Shown here: positions 1 through 14,926 of the stretch, piece by piece
Numbering within the stretch: the first letter of the stretch is position 1
Layout: each line of letters begins with the position of its first letter
Assembly (NCBI GenBank): GCA_951406725.2
Contig: OX597840.1
Location: 1,178,001 to 1,242,000, forward strand
Source: Octopus vulgaris
Lineage: Eukaryota
Direction of reading: 5' to 3'
DNA: 64,000 nt
The notes under the pieces: generated by a model
What the model was told of the DNA's origin: nothing
The model's database searches: none
What the model saw: the letters and a program-made list of their open reading frames with translations, nothing else
Position numbers and translations under genes: made by a program

Positions 1-209
1 ATGTATAAATGTATGTATAGAGTGTTTGAAGCGGTGTACATATATTGTATATTAACAAAAAGGTGGCAGCCAGAATTTTGGATAATTCTTCATTAGCGCT
101 TTCATTCGTTTAACCGATAGATCTGCCATGAAGGGATATATAGGCATGTATGTATGTATAAATGTATGTATATGTGTGTGTATATGCATGTATATATACA
201 TATATGTTG

Positions 210-262
<53 letters not shown>

Positions 263-266
263 CATA

Positions 267-1504
267 CAGGGGTTGGACATAATAATGGAAACACCTATCA
301 TCATAGCATCATCATTTTGAAATATCTATAAAACCGTTAAAAGCTTGTTATTTTTATGTTTCTTTTTATTTATTGTTAGTGTTGCTTAATATGTTTTGCT
401 AAAGTTCCTGTTTCTTTTCAGATATCAGAAAAAGGTAATTGAAATTCATTAAAATGACAGATCTATCGGACTTTCAAAGAGGTCAAATTGCTGGTGCTCG
501 TATGGCAGACGCTAGCGTAATGAAAGCAGTCAAAATGTTTGATCTATCAATAAGTACTGTCTCGAAAGTAATGACAGCCTCTGAGAAAGAGTGAAAAACC
601 TTTTCATCGAAACAAATCTCCGGAAGAAAACCAACACATTCATATAGGGACCGTCGCACTCTTACGCGAATTGTTAGAAAGGATCACAAAAGTACAGCTC
701 CTAAAATCACTGCAGAGCTTAATGACCACCTCGAGAACCCAGTTTCCATAAAAAAAACTGTTTGCCGGGAGCTGCACAAACCCGGATTTCACGAGAGGGC
801 TGCAATCAGAAAAACACTGCTTTCAAAAACAAACTTTGCCAGAATTGGTCCCTAGAGCAGTGGAAGAATGTTATATTCTCGGACGAGTCATCCATTACCT
901 TATTTCCGACCACCGACCGAGCATATGTGTGGAGACAGCCCAAAGAAGCATTTGACTCAACTATCTTCTTCCAACTCTTAAATATGAAGGAGGATCTGTG
1001 ATGATCTGGGGGACTATATCTTGAAAATCCGCCGACTTAATGGTCCCCCTCCATGTCAAAATTAATAGTCAAGACTATTTAAGCATTTTATCTGATCAAA
1101 TTCATCCTATGGTTGCGGAACAGTTATGGAGGGAAACGCAATCTTTCAGGATGATAATGCACCAATTGACACAGCTAAAGTTGTTACTGAATGTCACGAG
1201 GAACATTTTAGTGAAGTTGAACATCTTATCTGCCCACCACAGTCCCCAGATCTCAATATTATTGAACATTTATGGTGCATTTTAGAAAAACATGTAAGCA
1301 GTCGATATCAACCACCAGCATCGCTACAAGAGCTGGAGACTGTTTTAGCTGAAGATTGGACAAGAATTCCTTTGGAAACAATTAAAAAATTGCATGAGTC
1401 CATATCTTGTAGAATACAAGCTGTAATTACTACCATAGGCGGTCCTACCCCATATTAAAATAAATTCGCTTCAAATTTTAAGGTGTTTCCGATATTTTGT
1501 CCAA

Positions 1505-1506
<2 letters not shown>
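267..1506 (+). mobile_element. Tc1/mariner-superfamily DNA transposon (DD36E type), near full length, decayed
   Basis: Left TIR CAGGGGTTGGACATAATAATGGAAACACCT (267-296) follows a TA. Right TIR AGGTGTTTCCGATATTTTGTCCAACC (1481-1506) has lost its terminal 4 nt. About 1.24 kb, inserted in (TA)n. Confidence 0.95.
454..1458 (+). pseudogene. Tc1-like transposase pseudogene (stops and frameshifts)
   Basis: Starts MTDLSDFQRGQIAGARMA. Catalytic motifs IFSDES, FQDDNAP and PQSPDLNIIEHLW are split over ORFs 762-1001, 1040-1285 and 1126-1458. Confidence 0.93.
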
Positions 1507-1547
<41 letters not shown>

Positions 1548-1551
<4 letters not shown>

Positions 1552-1880
1552 TAGAAATTTAAATATAAAGAACGTGAAATACACGAAGGGACGAACACGG
1601 AAAACAGACAAGTCATTCGAAGCCTTCAATCTTCAATCAGAAACCGAATCATCACGGCAAATTTCGGCTGTTTTATTCTGATATTTGCTCCAACTCGGCC
1701 AGCCCCAAGGAAAAAACTAAGCGGTGGGCATTAGATTTCTTGGTCGAAGGAAAGAATGTAAACGCAACAGAGACGAATATAAATACAAGAAACAAAAGCA
1801 AAATTGAAAACAGTAATGGTTAAAAACAGGATAACAACAGGTGTCTTACGACTTTTAGACAAAATGAGACAAAAACAATA
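1548..1880 (-). repeat. Dispersed non-coding repeat, probably Penelope-like pLTR-derived
   Basis: Reverse complement of 1600-1670 resembles 34400-34475 (CAGCCGAAATTGC..GATGAT.CGGTT..TGA.TGAAGAT..AAGGCTTCGAATGAC). Flanked by (TA)n. Confidence 0.4.
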
Positions 1881-2115
1881 TATATATATATATATTAGTG
1901 TGGGGTATGTCCCTAAGAAGAACGCCGATAAAGGTCGTTCGATGTCAATGGCTACCAGGCGTCATCCACAGTAATTACACGATTGTGACTTGTTCTACCT
2001 CAGGAATTCTTCAGTGTACCTTGAGTATGAGAGAAATAATAGAAACGGAAGATGGAATATACAGGAAACTTCATTGCTCACTGCGATCGTTTCCACATAT
2101 TCTGCAGCGATTTAT

Positions 2116-2345
2116 GACGGCGAGCTGGTAGAAACGTTAGCACGCCGGGCGAAATGCCTGGCAGTATTTCGTCAGCCGTTACGTTCTGAGTTCAAATTTC
2201 GCCGAGGTCAACTTTGTCTTTTATCCTTTCGGGGTCGATTAAATAAGTACCAGTTACGCACTGGTGTCGATGTAATCGACTTAATCCGTTTGTCTGTCCT
2301 TGTTTGTCCCCTCTATGTTTAACCCCTTGTGGGCAATTAAAAATA
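2116..2345 (+). mobile_element. tRNA-derived SINE, family B (GGCGGCGAGCTGGCAGAAACG head)
   Basis: Pol III B-box-like GAGTTCAAATTTC and central GTCGACTTTGCCTTTCATCCTTTCGGGGTCGATAAATTAAGTACCAG-type domain. Many copies in the window. Confidence 0.88.
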
Positions 2346-3205
2346 TAACATTCTGCATCGATCCCACATATGTGGGAAACTACGCATCCCTCGGCGCAGA
2401 ACGTCTCGTCAGGTGATGTAATCAGAGCTATCTCGTTAAATGACACTCTGTTTCGCTCGGATTTAATACCGCATGTTCATAGTATCCGTAGTCTTAATCC
2501 GTTGGCCAAAATGTCCTTAATTCTGCTGAGATCAACACATTCTCTATTAAATCCGGGTGAAATAGCCTTGATCCCAATCCCGTCAAACAGAACAGAGTTG
2601 CTCCCTTACACGTCATGTTTTTGGACTTGAAAGTTGACCTATAAAGTCTCAGTGGAGAAATTAAATTCCCGGTCATATATACACCGTGGATATCATCAAC
2701 CAGCCTTATGACACCCAGGCTTCACGCAAGTAACAACAAGCGTACATATTTTGCAGACGACAGAAGGATAGGCGTTAAAAATGTCTGTTCAAAATTAGAG
2801 ACCAAATTTTGAAAAAACTATATAAACGGTGAATGATAATACACTCCATCTTTCTACATTTTTTTATTTAGAGTTGTCCAGTACAAATTAATTATATGTT
2901 CATTCATTCATATAATCTAATAATTAGTTATTTTCGTAAATGTTTTTTGTTTTGATTTTATATTTATTTATATTGATGTAAAATATATTTTAAGTGATAA
3001 AGTCGGTCGCCATTTTCTGTACATTTACAGAGATTTTGATATACAATTTTTTTAGATTACATGATTTTCAGATGTACTTAGAATACGATGCCTTGGGGAA
3101 ATTTATTGTTTATTTCTCTGCGTGAATATGTATGTATTTATAGATATACTATAAGTATAAACATGTACAGATATATGTAGATATGTATATGTATGTATGT
3201 ATGTG

Positions 3206-3333
<128 letters not shown>

Positions 3334-3534
3334 TATATACAAGTACGTATCTAGTTTGCTGTCACTATATACATACACATATTTACACACGTGTAATTGC
3401 TATGTGTACACAGACACACACATACACACAGACACACACATACACACAGACACACACATATCTTTGTATATAGATATATAGATATATATGTTTAAATGTT
3501 TTGCACTCGTGTATACATAAATTTTCACACTCAT

Positions 3535-3572
<38 letters not shown>

Positions 3573-3963
3573 TTACACATAACCTTGTGTATATATTCAT
3601 GTACATCGACATGTGTATACATATAAATCACAACTATATATACCTATAAACACACACCCACACACATATAACTATTATGCATTACAAGTTATGCGCATAA
3701 TCAGACTCTAACATATGTTTTACCAATAATGGCTACAAAATATGAATTAGCAGCACATAACATTTGAATAAAGTAGGGTAACGGAGTATTCATTTACAAC
3801 TGTCCAATATTCCATGTTTCACGATACTCATTATGACATAATCTTTACAAGGAAGATATATATTCAGAGGTATTATAAGCAACGTCGCTTAGGATTTTTC
3901 TAAAGAAGCATCGTCCTTTCAAATATAAGCGAAATGTATTTTAAAAAACCCTTAAGTAATCGT

Positions 3964-4015
<52 letters not shown>

Positions 4016-4095
4016 CGATTACTTATATATATATATATATTTATATATATATACACATAAGTAATCGTTATTATATGTATATATATAATAACGAT

Positions 4096-4214
<119 letters not shown>

Positions 4215-4217
4215 CAT

Positions 4218-4809
<592 letters not shown>

Positions 4810-4920
4810 TAAAGGAGAACGAAAACAAAATATAGCCAGTACGAGGAACTCAGGACAGAATATTTAGAGTAAGGTGAATCAAAATGGAGTAGAAGTAATT
4901 AATGTCTTACAGCTGTTTCT

Positions 4921-4973
<53 letters not shown>

Positions 4974-5494
4974 AGGAAAAAAATTATGTAATGATACAAA
5001 AGACGTCTTCACGGATTTCATTGAAGGTTGCTTAATTACCTCTAGGTTCAGTCTCACTACATGGCACGAAGGTCAAGTGCCTTCCAATATACACACGAAG
5101 AAACCAAATCATTTTGTGTGGATTTGCTGGAAGAAAACTGAAGGAATTTATATGTGTGTGAGTGTGTGTGTGTGTGTCATTGTGCTTGTATATAGAAACA
5201 TTCATATACCAACATGAAAACACACTCGCACACATGCATATATGATTTATAAGCGGGATACCGATAATTGTAGAAGAATATATTGAAAGAGAACGTGAGA
5301 GGTGTGTAACGACGCATATAAAATCTATTATTTTTATGTGTAAATACGAGACAGGATTTGGGAGTGAGGAGAGACGAAACGATTAGCAGTGTAAAAGGAT
5401 ATTACAGATAATCTGGTTTATTGTATTATGCAGTCCTGTATGTTATATATGTACTGGTATAGATGTGGCAACATTTGAAATATTGTTGAGGTTT

Positions 5495-5567
5495 ATGCAA
5501 CTGATGAGGATAAATCAATTATACGATTGACATTCGTATTTTGAAAAATCCGAAACCGGTACTGCAT
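5495..5567 (+). ncRNA. Minimal type I hammerhead ribozyme motif
   Basis: ATGCAA-CTGATGA-GGAT..ATCC-GAAA-CCGG-TA-CTGCAT. Intact core, stem II GGAT/ATCC, palindromic stem III ACCGGT, GUA cleavage triplet. Confidence 0.75.
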
Positions 5568-5753
5568 TATCCGTTATCTAGGTTTTTCATTTTTCAGATG
5601 TTCTTCCTAGAGGTAAGACAATTTTCTTCATGTTTGTTGCACACACGCATCTTTACTAGTACGTACGCAGTGAAGCTATACATTAGCGTCGTATTTATTA
5701 CGTTCGCTATTTCCAGTAAATATCGGTACTTCGTTGTACGATTTATTTACTTT

Positions 5754-5813
<60 letters not shown>

Positions 5814-5871
5814 AATAAATATATATATATATATATGTATGTATGTATGTGAATACACACGTATATACATT

Positions 5872-5943
<72 letters not shown>

Positions 5944-6171
5944 TAAATCGACACAAACATATATATTTATACATACATATATATGTGTGTGTAGCATTGT
6001 ATATGTGGTATTTAGCTGGCTTACCACCCACATGGTTCCGGTTTCACTCCCTACTGTAGCACACATAGGGCCGACCAAATCCTTGTGAATGGATTTGCTA
6101 GACGGAAACTGAAAGAAACCCGTCGTTTATATATATATATATATATATTATAAAAATAATAGATTATTTAT

Positions 6172-6249
6172 ATAGAAATGCTTTTGCGTGTATGTGTGTG
6201 TATGTGTGAGTGTGTGCGTATACATATTCACACGCACACACCCACGCAT

Positions 6250-6285
<36 letters not shown>

Positions 6286-6325
6286 CGTGGGTGTGTGCGT
6301 GTGAATATGTATACCACACATATAT

Positions 6326-6363
<38 letters not shown>

Positions 6364-6441
6364 ATGCGTGGGTGTGTGCGTGTGAATATGTATACGCACA
6401 CACTCACACATACACACACATACACGCAAAAGCATTTCTAT
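6172..6441. repeat. Near-perfect inverted repeat (~85-bp arms) around (TA)n tracts and a partial third copy
   Basis: ATAGAAATGCTTTTGCGTGT...CCCACGCATCAATATA is mirrored by TATATTGATGCGTGGG...ACACGCAAAAGCATTTCTAT. Confidence 0.9.
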
Positions 6442-6566
6442 TTGAACAGGAAATGTGATTCAATGATATACTTCAATATAATTTAAGGAAACACTACAAG
6501 TTTATTCATTGAACACTTAATTAAAATTATCATCTTAATTAGTGTGGGCGCTTGGGAAGCACAGAT

Positions 6567-6646
<80 letters not shown>

Positions 6647-6648
<2 letters not shown>

Positions 6649-7203
6649 GCCCTGATGCAGTACCAGGCAGTGGCTCTCATGGCTTCTGATCTTAACTGAT
6701 TGGAAGTGTTATCATGGACATTGTTTTGTCTTGGTATAAAAGATGAGCTACAGCAAATATTCTGCTCAATACCACAGATTTGCTTGTCAGTTGTTTGACC
6801 TTAACCAGTTGAGCATGTCCCTTAGTGGCTGACGATATGTGCATCTCTGATCAGGAGCAGAAGTAGTGGGGGAGCATCATAGCCATGTGTTGAGAGGGAT
6901 TCTTTGGGGTTTGAATAATTCACCTCTGGAAACATGGGTGGTTCTTTCAACATCCTTAAACATCCCTTATTCAAGGACCTTTTGAGCGGGATGGGTTACT
7001 TGACCAGAAGAAAATTCTAACTGGGCCCCACCTGCAAGGTCATGTGCTGTTTATCTTCATATGAGATCACCATGATGCGCACATATGGTTGTGATGCATG
7101 TGCCTGGTGTACCTTTATCAGACGGGTAGTCATGATGGGTATATTGGGCTTCGTATATTTTACCCCAGTGTCACTTTGATGGCATGAACTGCTCTCTCAC
7201 TCA

Positions 7204-7205
<2 letters not shown>
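6647..7205. mobile_element. ~560-bp non-coding interspersed element flanked on both sides by (TAA)n
   Basis: The same left end recurs at 37803-37953 and the same right end at 21510-21594, each abutting (TAA)n. No ORF and no tRNA A/B boxes seen. Confidence 0.75.
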
Positions 7206-7600
<395 letters not shown>

Positions 7601-8129
7601 TATTAATAATTATAATTACAATAATGATGGTGATAACGGCAAATACAATGGTTTCAAATTTTGAGACAAGGCCAGGAACTTGAGGGGAGGGTATAAGTCG
7701 ATCAGAGAGAAGGCGGCGAGCTGGCAGAAACGTTAGCGAAAAGCGAAAAGCGCTAGGCATTTCATCCAGCGTGCTAACGATTCTGCAAGTCAAAATGGCA
7801 GCCGTCTTCAATTTTTTTTTTTTCAAAATTGCACCACATTGAATCTTTTCTTCAATTGTTCTGTTCTACAACCAACATAAATCAAATTGATATTGGTGCA
7901 TATTGCTGCGTACACCAAATGTGAGTCTCTACACGTCCCGCTTTCCGTACAAATCACAACATTTCTATAATTTTGAATTTCTATGTATTGCTTTTCAATT
8001 TGAACTCGACAAAGTCACCAAGTTGTCGAAATATCGTTCAAACCAATAAAGTATCTTTGCGCTCTATCTATTCTCTGTTTACGTTTGCGAGGATTTAGTC
8101 AACCCTTTTAAAATATAATAATGATGATG

Positions 8130-8181
<52 letters not shown>

Positions 8182-8196
8182 TAATAATAATAATGA

Positions 8197-8280
<84 letters not shown>

Positions 8281-8281
<1 letters not shown>

Positions 8282-10144
8282 TGTTTATCCTTAATACCTC
8301 TCTCAAAGCTGCTCAATGATGCGCAGTACGGGTATAAAATGTTTGATAAAAATATAAATCATCTCGTTTACATGGATGATTTAAAGCTTTTGCAAAAAAT
8401 GATCAACAACTCAAGGGCTTACTAGCGATAGTCAAACAATTCAGTGACGACATCAGAATGCAATTCGGCCTCGATAAATGTGCAAAGGCTACCTTTATCA
8501 AAGGAAAAATGACAGAAACATCTAACGTTAACCTTGACCAACAGAATGTCATAAAAGAACTAGACCCAGCGGAGAGCTACAAGTACCTAGGGATAATTGA
8601 AGGGAACGGAATAAGGCATTCAGAGATGAAGGAAAGGATCAGGAGAGAATGCTATCGAAGAGTGAGAGCAATACTCAAGACAGAGCTGAATGCAAGAAAC
8701 AGGATCGAAGCAATCAATGCATTAGCTATACCAGTCGTGACTTACAGTTTCAATATTGTTAACTGGTCAATTACTGAAATATGTCATCTCGACAGAAAAA
8801 TAAGGAAACTGTTGACAATGCATAGAATGCACCACCCTAAGGCAGATACAGAACGACTCTATCTGCCAAGAAAGAGGAGGCCGTGGTCTTTTGCAACTGG
8901 CAATAACAATGAAGATTGCTACAATTGGCCTAGACACCTACCTGAAAAACTCTGAGGACTGGATGCTAAAACTTGTCTCAAAACATGAAAACAAGAAAGC
9001 ATCATACTCAGTCACAAAACAGGCAAAGGAATATCTAAGTGAATTCCGAATACAACCAATTTCGGAATTAGAGATAGATATACAAGAAACAAGCACAGAA
9101 AAAGCTAGGCGCATGAAAACCCGTGCCAAAACTGCGGCCTTAGATATTCTGAATAATAAATGGCAAGAAAAACCTCTCTATGGCAAATACCCAAAGAGAG
9201 CGAATAATGCAGATATCGACAAAGCCCTGACCCATCAATGGCTAATGGCCTCTGGCTTAAAATCTGAAACAGAGGGGTTTATCATAGCAGCTCAAGATCA
9301 ATGCCTACCAACAAGAAACTACCAGGCCAACATATTAAAGATCAGAAGCAGTCCAACGTGTCGTGTATGCAAGCAACAAAATGAAACCATTGACCATGTG
9401 GTCTCCAAGTGCAGTCTTCTAGCGCCTACAGAGTATCTCAACAGGCACGATAGAGCTGCACAATATATTCACTGGGTAATCTGTAAAAACCTGGATTTGC
9501 CCCATGAAAAAAACTGGTGGGAACACAAACCACCCCCAGTGCTTGAAAATGACCACATCTCACTCCTCTGGAACTTCACCATTCAAACTGACAGGAAGAT
9601 AGATGCAAATAGGCCAGACATCATATTGAAAAACTTCAAACAAAGAACATGCCTCCTCATTGATATGACTGTCCCAATCGATATAAACGTATCTGTCAAG
9701 ACCTACCAAAAACTGAGCAAATATAAAGATCTTGAAATAGAAATCAGCAAAATGTGGAAGCTGAAGACTAAAACAATACCTGTTGTCATAGGTGCCCTGG
9801 GAATGATAGCAAAAGGGGCTGATAGCTACCTAACTCAGATACCAGGAAACCCAAAAATGGCAGAAGTTCAAAAGATAGTGCTCATGGGAACTGCTCATAT
9901 CCTACGCAAAATACTCTCTATGTAATCTCAAGGTTTAAAACAAACATAATTTTCGGTTTAAAAAAAAAAAAAAAAAAAAACTTTTTTTTTTTTAGACATT
10001 CATTAGTACAACATCCCCACCCCCCAAATATATGGCACACTAGGCATAACAACAACATGAACTTCCAACCCTGTTGTCTCTTGAGGTCTCTGGGTGAGAC
10101 TTGGAGCCAACTTGTACAAATATAAAGCAAAAGTCAAACATAGA
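8281..10144 (+). mobile_element. 5'-truncated R4/Dong-clade non-LTR retrotransposon inserted in (TAA)n
   Basis: RT motif HLVYMDDLK, CCHC finger CRVCKQQNETIDHVVSKC, restriction-like endonuclease motifs RHD, NRPDII, IDMTVP and KLSKY. TAA arrays on both sides. Confidence 0.93.
8282..9925 (+). pseudogene. RT-RLE polyprotein C-terminal part (frameshifts near 8388 and 8872)
   Basis: ORFs 8458-8955 and 8891-9925, plus the upstream frame CLSLIPLSKLLNDAQYGYKMFDKNINHLVYMDDLK. Confidence 0.9.
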
Positions 10145-10276
10145 ATAATAATAATAATAATAATGATATTAATAATTATAATTACAATAATGATGGTGAT
10201 AACGACAAATACAATGGTTTCAAATTTTGAGACAAGGCCAGGAACTTGAGGGGAGGGTATAAGTCGATCAGAGAGA

Positions 10277-10480
10277 AGGCGGCGAGCTGGCAGAAACGTT
10301 AGCGCGCTGGCAAAATTCTTAGCGGTATCTCGTCTGTTTTTATTTTCTTAGTTCAAATTCCGCCGAGATCGACTTTGCTTTTTATTCTTTTCGAGGTGTA
10401 TAACTTAAGTACCAGTCGCATACTGGGATCATCTAATCGGCTGCCCTCTCACTCAAACTTTCGGGCCTTGTACCGAAAAG
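10277..10480 (+). mobile_element. SINE family B copy
   Basis: GGCGGCGAGCTGGCAGAAACGTTAGC head and GTTCAAATTCCGCCGAG. Confidence 0.8.
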
Positions 10481-10505
10481 AATATACAAAGAATATTGCT
10501 GAGTG

Positions 10506-10834
10506 CCCCTTCGGTCATGGCTGACCATGGGATTGCATCTAGAAAGTTACCCTCCCAGGCACAAGTCCGGGCAAGGTTGTTTATGGAAGACCAGCTGTCG
10601 CCCATGTGTACCGGCCACCCTTCTCCACGCCACCAGTGTTATCCAAAGGGAAAGGCAAAGGGGCCGATACAGCTTGGAACCTGTGACGTCGCAGCTTATT
10701 CTACAGCTGAGTGAACTGGAGCAACGTGAAATAAAGTGCCTTGCTCAAGAACACAACACGCAGCCCGGTCCGGGATTCGAGCTCACAACCTCACGATCGT
10801 AAGCTTGACGCTGTAACCACTGAACCATGCGCCT
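10506..10834 (-). mobile_element. tRNA-derived SINE, family D (TTGAGCAAGGCACTT V-domain-like centre)
   Basis: Minus strand: AGGCGCATGGTTCAGTGGTTACAGCG (A box), GAGCTCGAATCCCG (B box), TTCTTGAGCAAGGCACTTTATTTCAC. Second copy at 54180-54424. Confidence 0.85.
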
Positions 10835-10897
10835 ACACATACACAGATATACAAAATAGGGAATGAATAATCTTGTATATATGAACATATATTTATG

Positions 10898-10928
<31 letters not shown>

Positions 10929-11714
10929 GAACATATATTTACATATATATATTATATTTATTGTTTCTATATGTGCACACATATCTATATATACGTGTAA
11001 ATATATGTTCATATGTATACATATATATATATATATACATAAATATATGCGTGTGTGTGTATGTGTGTATGCTAATGTACATGTACCTGTATTTCATTTA
11101 ATCGTTTAAGCAAATATAATACTTGTTTAATTAGGAATGTCTTAATCAACGTGGCCGCCATCGTCCGGAAATTTAGTCTGTTAGAAATGTTTTGGGACCA
11201 ATAATTCTGTAAAACTGTTATAGAAGATTTATTGTAGGGACTTTATTGTTATGTAACTCAATACTGTCTCCCTGTGTCTGGAATGAAAGTATAATTTAAC
11301 TTAACGTTCGAAAGGCCTATGAAGGCTAAATTATTTATAAAGAAGCACACACTTATTTAATTGACAATGTATAATCATAGTTAGCAGCCATCTTACAATA
11401 AACCTCTCGTCACAGCAGAAATAAATCACAGCAAATATAATAACGAAAAACAAGAGAGAGGTGTTACATGATGTCTAAGTCACTCTTTTACAGACTTTCA
11501 TGCTTTATATTAACTACGTTCGGTTATTATGCGCCATCCATTAATCTTCACTGATTCAATTTGAACAAATGTAAAAGCAAGCTGAAAGAATGAGGCAACA
11601 AGAAAGTCGCTAGAAACCAGTTTATTAATGAGCAGCTGCTATGAGATGTACTAGTGTTTGACAGTCAAAAATAATATAGATAAATACATGTAGGTATGCA
11701 TCTATATGTATGTG

Positions 11715-11725
11715 TTTTACACACA

Positions 11726-11800
<75 letters not shown>

Positions 11801-12290
11801 GCATATATACATATATATATACATACATATATCTATATATATAAACATACATGTATATACATATACATAAACATATATATACATATATACATATATATAT
11901 GCATATATATATATATGCATATATACATGTATGAATGCATATATAAATATATATGCATATATACATATATACATACATATATCCATATATATAAACATAC
12001 ATGTATATACATATAGATAAACATATATATATATATATGCATATATACATACATATATACATACATATATACATACATATATTCATATATATAAACATAT
12101 ATGTATATACATATACATAAACATACATATATTCTTATATATAAACATACATGTATATACATATACATAAACATATATATATGCATATATACATATATAT
12201 ATATATGCATATATACATACATATATACATACATATATTCCTATATATATAAACATACGTGTATATACATATACATAAGCATACACACAC
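11715..12290. repeat. (CA)n plus compound TA/CA minisatellite (recurring TATATATAAACATACATGTATATACATATACATAAACA)
   Basis: Direct reading. Confidence 0.9.
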
Positions 12291-12829
12291 GATTATATGT
12301 TATGATTTATGATTACGTATTATTCATATAAAATTAAATTTAATCGGAGTATTCTTAAATGCGATACGCTTCTGTCGTAAAAATTCATTTATGCCAAGGA
12401 GCAATGCGTTATTCTATTTTTATATCAGTTTTTACGCATCATTGTTTTCGGGAGGCCAACTTAATTATAGAAGTGATGATTTGTTGCCAACTTAATGTGG
12501 CAGTCCCAGGAAAGGGAAGAATGCTACTGCTATTAAGCTCCAGGAAACATCGTTTCCAGTTGGTTATGTGACACAAGCGTTCTGTGTCTTTAAGTTTTCA
12601 AACAGGGGAGAAAAGCACCTCCACCCAGCAAAGCCAGTATCCAGAAACTAGTTTCCGAGTCATTGCTCTTTATCAGTCTGAAGTATATTGGCTTGCTAGC
12701 TGTCGATGCTTATTCGCCTTTGAAAATATATAGATTTCAAGTGAAATTTTTATGTTATGGAATAATCAAACTTGCAAATGATTGGTAAAAATGTGTTAAT
12801 TCACGAGAGGATTAGAAATGCAATATTTC

Positions 12830-13105
12830 TAACTTAATTTAAATCTATATTCATTAATCGTATTATTATCAGAGGGGATTATATATATTAATTTATCATT
12901 AAAGCCACTATTAGCCGGGGCATTGTTGTAATAGGGGGCCGCGTTCTCAGAAATTTTTTTAGGGGAAGACAGGTTAAATACTCTTTTACTGATGTTGGCT
13001 ATCAGGATTTTAAATACTATTAGGGACGGGGTGATAAGGCTGTTTGTGTACATAGCAAAGTTTCTTGTAGATAATTTTTTACCGTTTGGTTTGTGATTTT
13101 CGCAT
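12830..13105 (-). pseudogene. Penelope-like element RT C-terminal/linker fragment
   Basis: HKPN..YVHKQ..HP followed by ANISKRVFNLSSPKKISENAAPYYNNAPANSGFNDKLIY, matching the PLE post-RT region. Confidence 0.75.
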
Positions 13106-13584
13106 GATTGCGTACATATGTGTACATGTGTATAGGTGTATTTGTGTGCGTATATTTATGTATTATATATATATATATATATGTCTGTATATGTATGTAG
13201 TCTGTGTGCGTCTATCTGTGTCTTTTGATGTATATATATATATATATATATATATTAGATAGTCTAGTATGCGTATATACTGTTGTAAAATATTTATGTA
13301 ACACAACATAAAAATTTTAATTTTAATTTTAATTTTAATGTATTAATTGATTTATATTTCGTATATAATTGTTTATTATATGTAATTTGAACCCGTTCTT
13401 CTATTTAAGGTTATTCTCGATTTTATAATAGGATGTGTTCTTATTGAATTCATTTATTTGTTTATTTTGGTCATTGCATACTTAAGACCGTTAACTGAAA
13501 GGACCAATGATACAAATTCATTTTAAAGGTGCATCCTTTAACTAGTTTTCATCATATTGTTATTTCGGTTCTATTTTAACAAAA

Positions 13585-13622
13585 CTGTCCGATGAACGGG
13601 AACGTGAAACTCCGAGTAACAG
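13585..13622 (+). ncRNA. Hammerhead ribozyme motif with one core substitution, inside a PLE pLTR-like repeat (about 13400-13730)
   Basis: CTGT-CCGATGA-ACG GGAA CGT-GAAA-CTC C GAG-TA-ACAG. Downstream sequence is shared with 46810-46900. Confidence 0.65.
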
Positions 13623-13727
13623 CTTTTGTTATATGTTCTGCTGCTTTTAAATAAAGCATATTATTCTTCCTCTGGTATTTGAGTACTCTTTTTCCCACCT
13701 TGCTTCATATTTATGTGTATTTACTCC

Positions 13728-13837
<110 letters not shown>

Positions 13838-14073
13838 TATATATATATATATACACACACACACAAACATACACATACACACACACGTATATATATATAT
13901 ATACATATATACACACGTATATATAGATATGTGTGCACATATAGAAACAATAAATATAATATATATATGTAAATATATGTTCATATGTATACATATATAT
14001 ATATATATACATAAATATATGTTCATATATATGTATATATATATATATATATCATATATATAATACATACATA

Positions 14074-14105
<32 letters not shown>

Positions 14106-14893
14106 CTTTGATGTATGCATACATAATTAAATGCACATATATATTCATAAATACATTTTAAAAAACCGTTCACACGCTGACACATCTGCATATGTCTTTG
14201 CCAACGCACCACCGTATGTTATTCTGTATGTATCACACAAACATACACGCGCCCCCACACTTATCTCAGTATGTATATGCATATATATATATATATATAT
14301 ATATCTGTGTGTGTGTTTGTGTATGTGTGTGTGTACACGTATGTATATTTAAGTAATTATAATATAAACACTGACTATTGAATCTCTTTCGCTCTTTCTC
14401 TTCTCTTTCTTTATATCAATTTCTTCTTCTCTCTATTTCTCTTAGAATCTTATTCTCTCCTTCACACTGACCTTCTTCTTGTATTAAATTCTGTTACATT
14501 CTCTCTCGCTCTCATTCTCAATCTTTCTTTCTCTTTTTTCCACTCTCTGTCTGTCTCCCACGCCTCCAACATCATTCCTCACACATACCCTCCCTTTGTT
14601 CTCACTCTGTCTTTCTCTTGCGCACTTTTAAACTCGACACACACACACATACACACAAACACACCACCACATACATACACGCACATGCACATAAGCACAC
14701 ACACACACACACACACACACAAGCATACACAAAAACATTCGTACTCACATGATCCCATACATACACGCACACATTCACATAAATACACACAGACACACAA
14801 CCATCACACAAGCACATATACACATATATGCACAGACACACACAGTCACATATACCACACACAAACACACACACACGCACACACATACACACG

Positions 14894-14926
<33 letters not shown>

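Noticed and set aside
2340-2775. Unique-looking stretch containing an FADD peptide
   Set aside because: No other RT motifs, and all frames are interrupted.
6650-6668. CCTGATGCAGTACCAGG resembles U2 snRNA stem-loop IV
   Set aside because: The match is too short and gapped, and no other U2 sequence is present.
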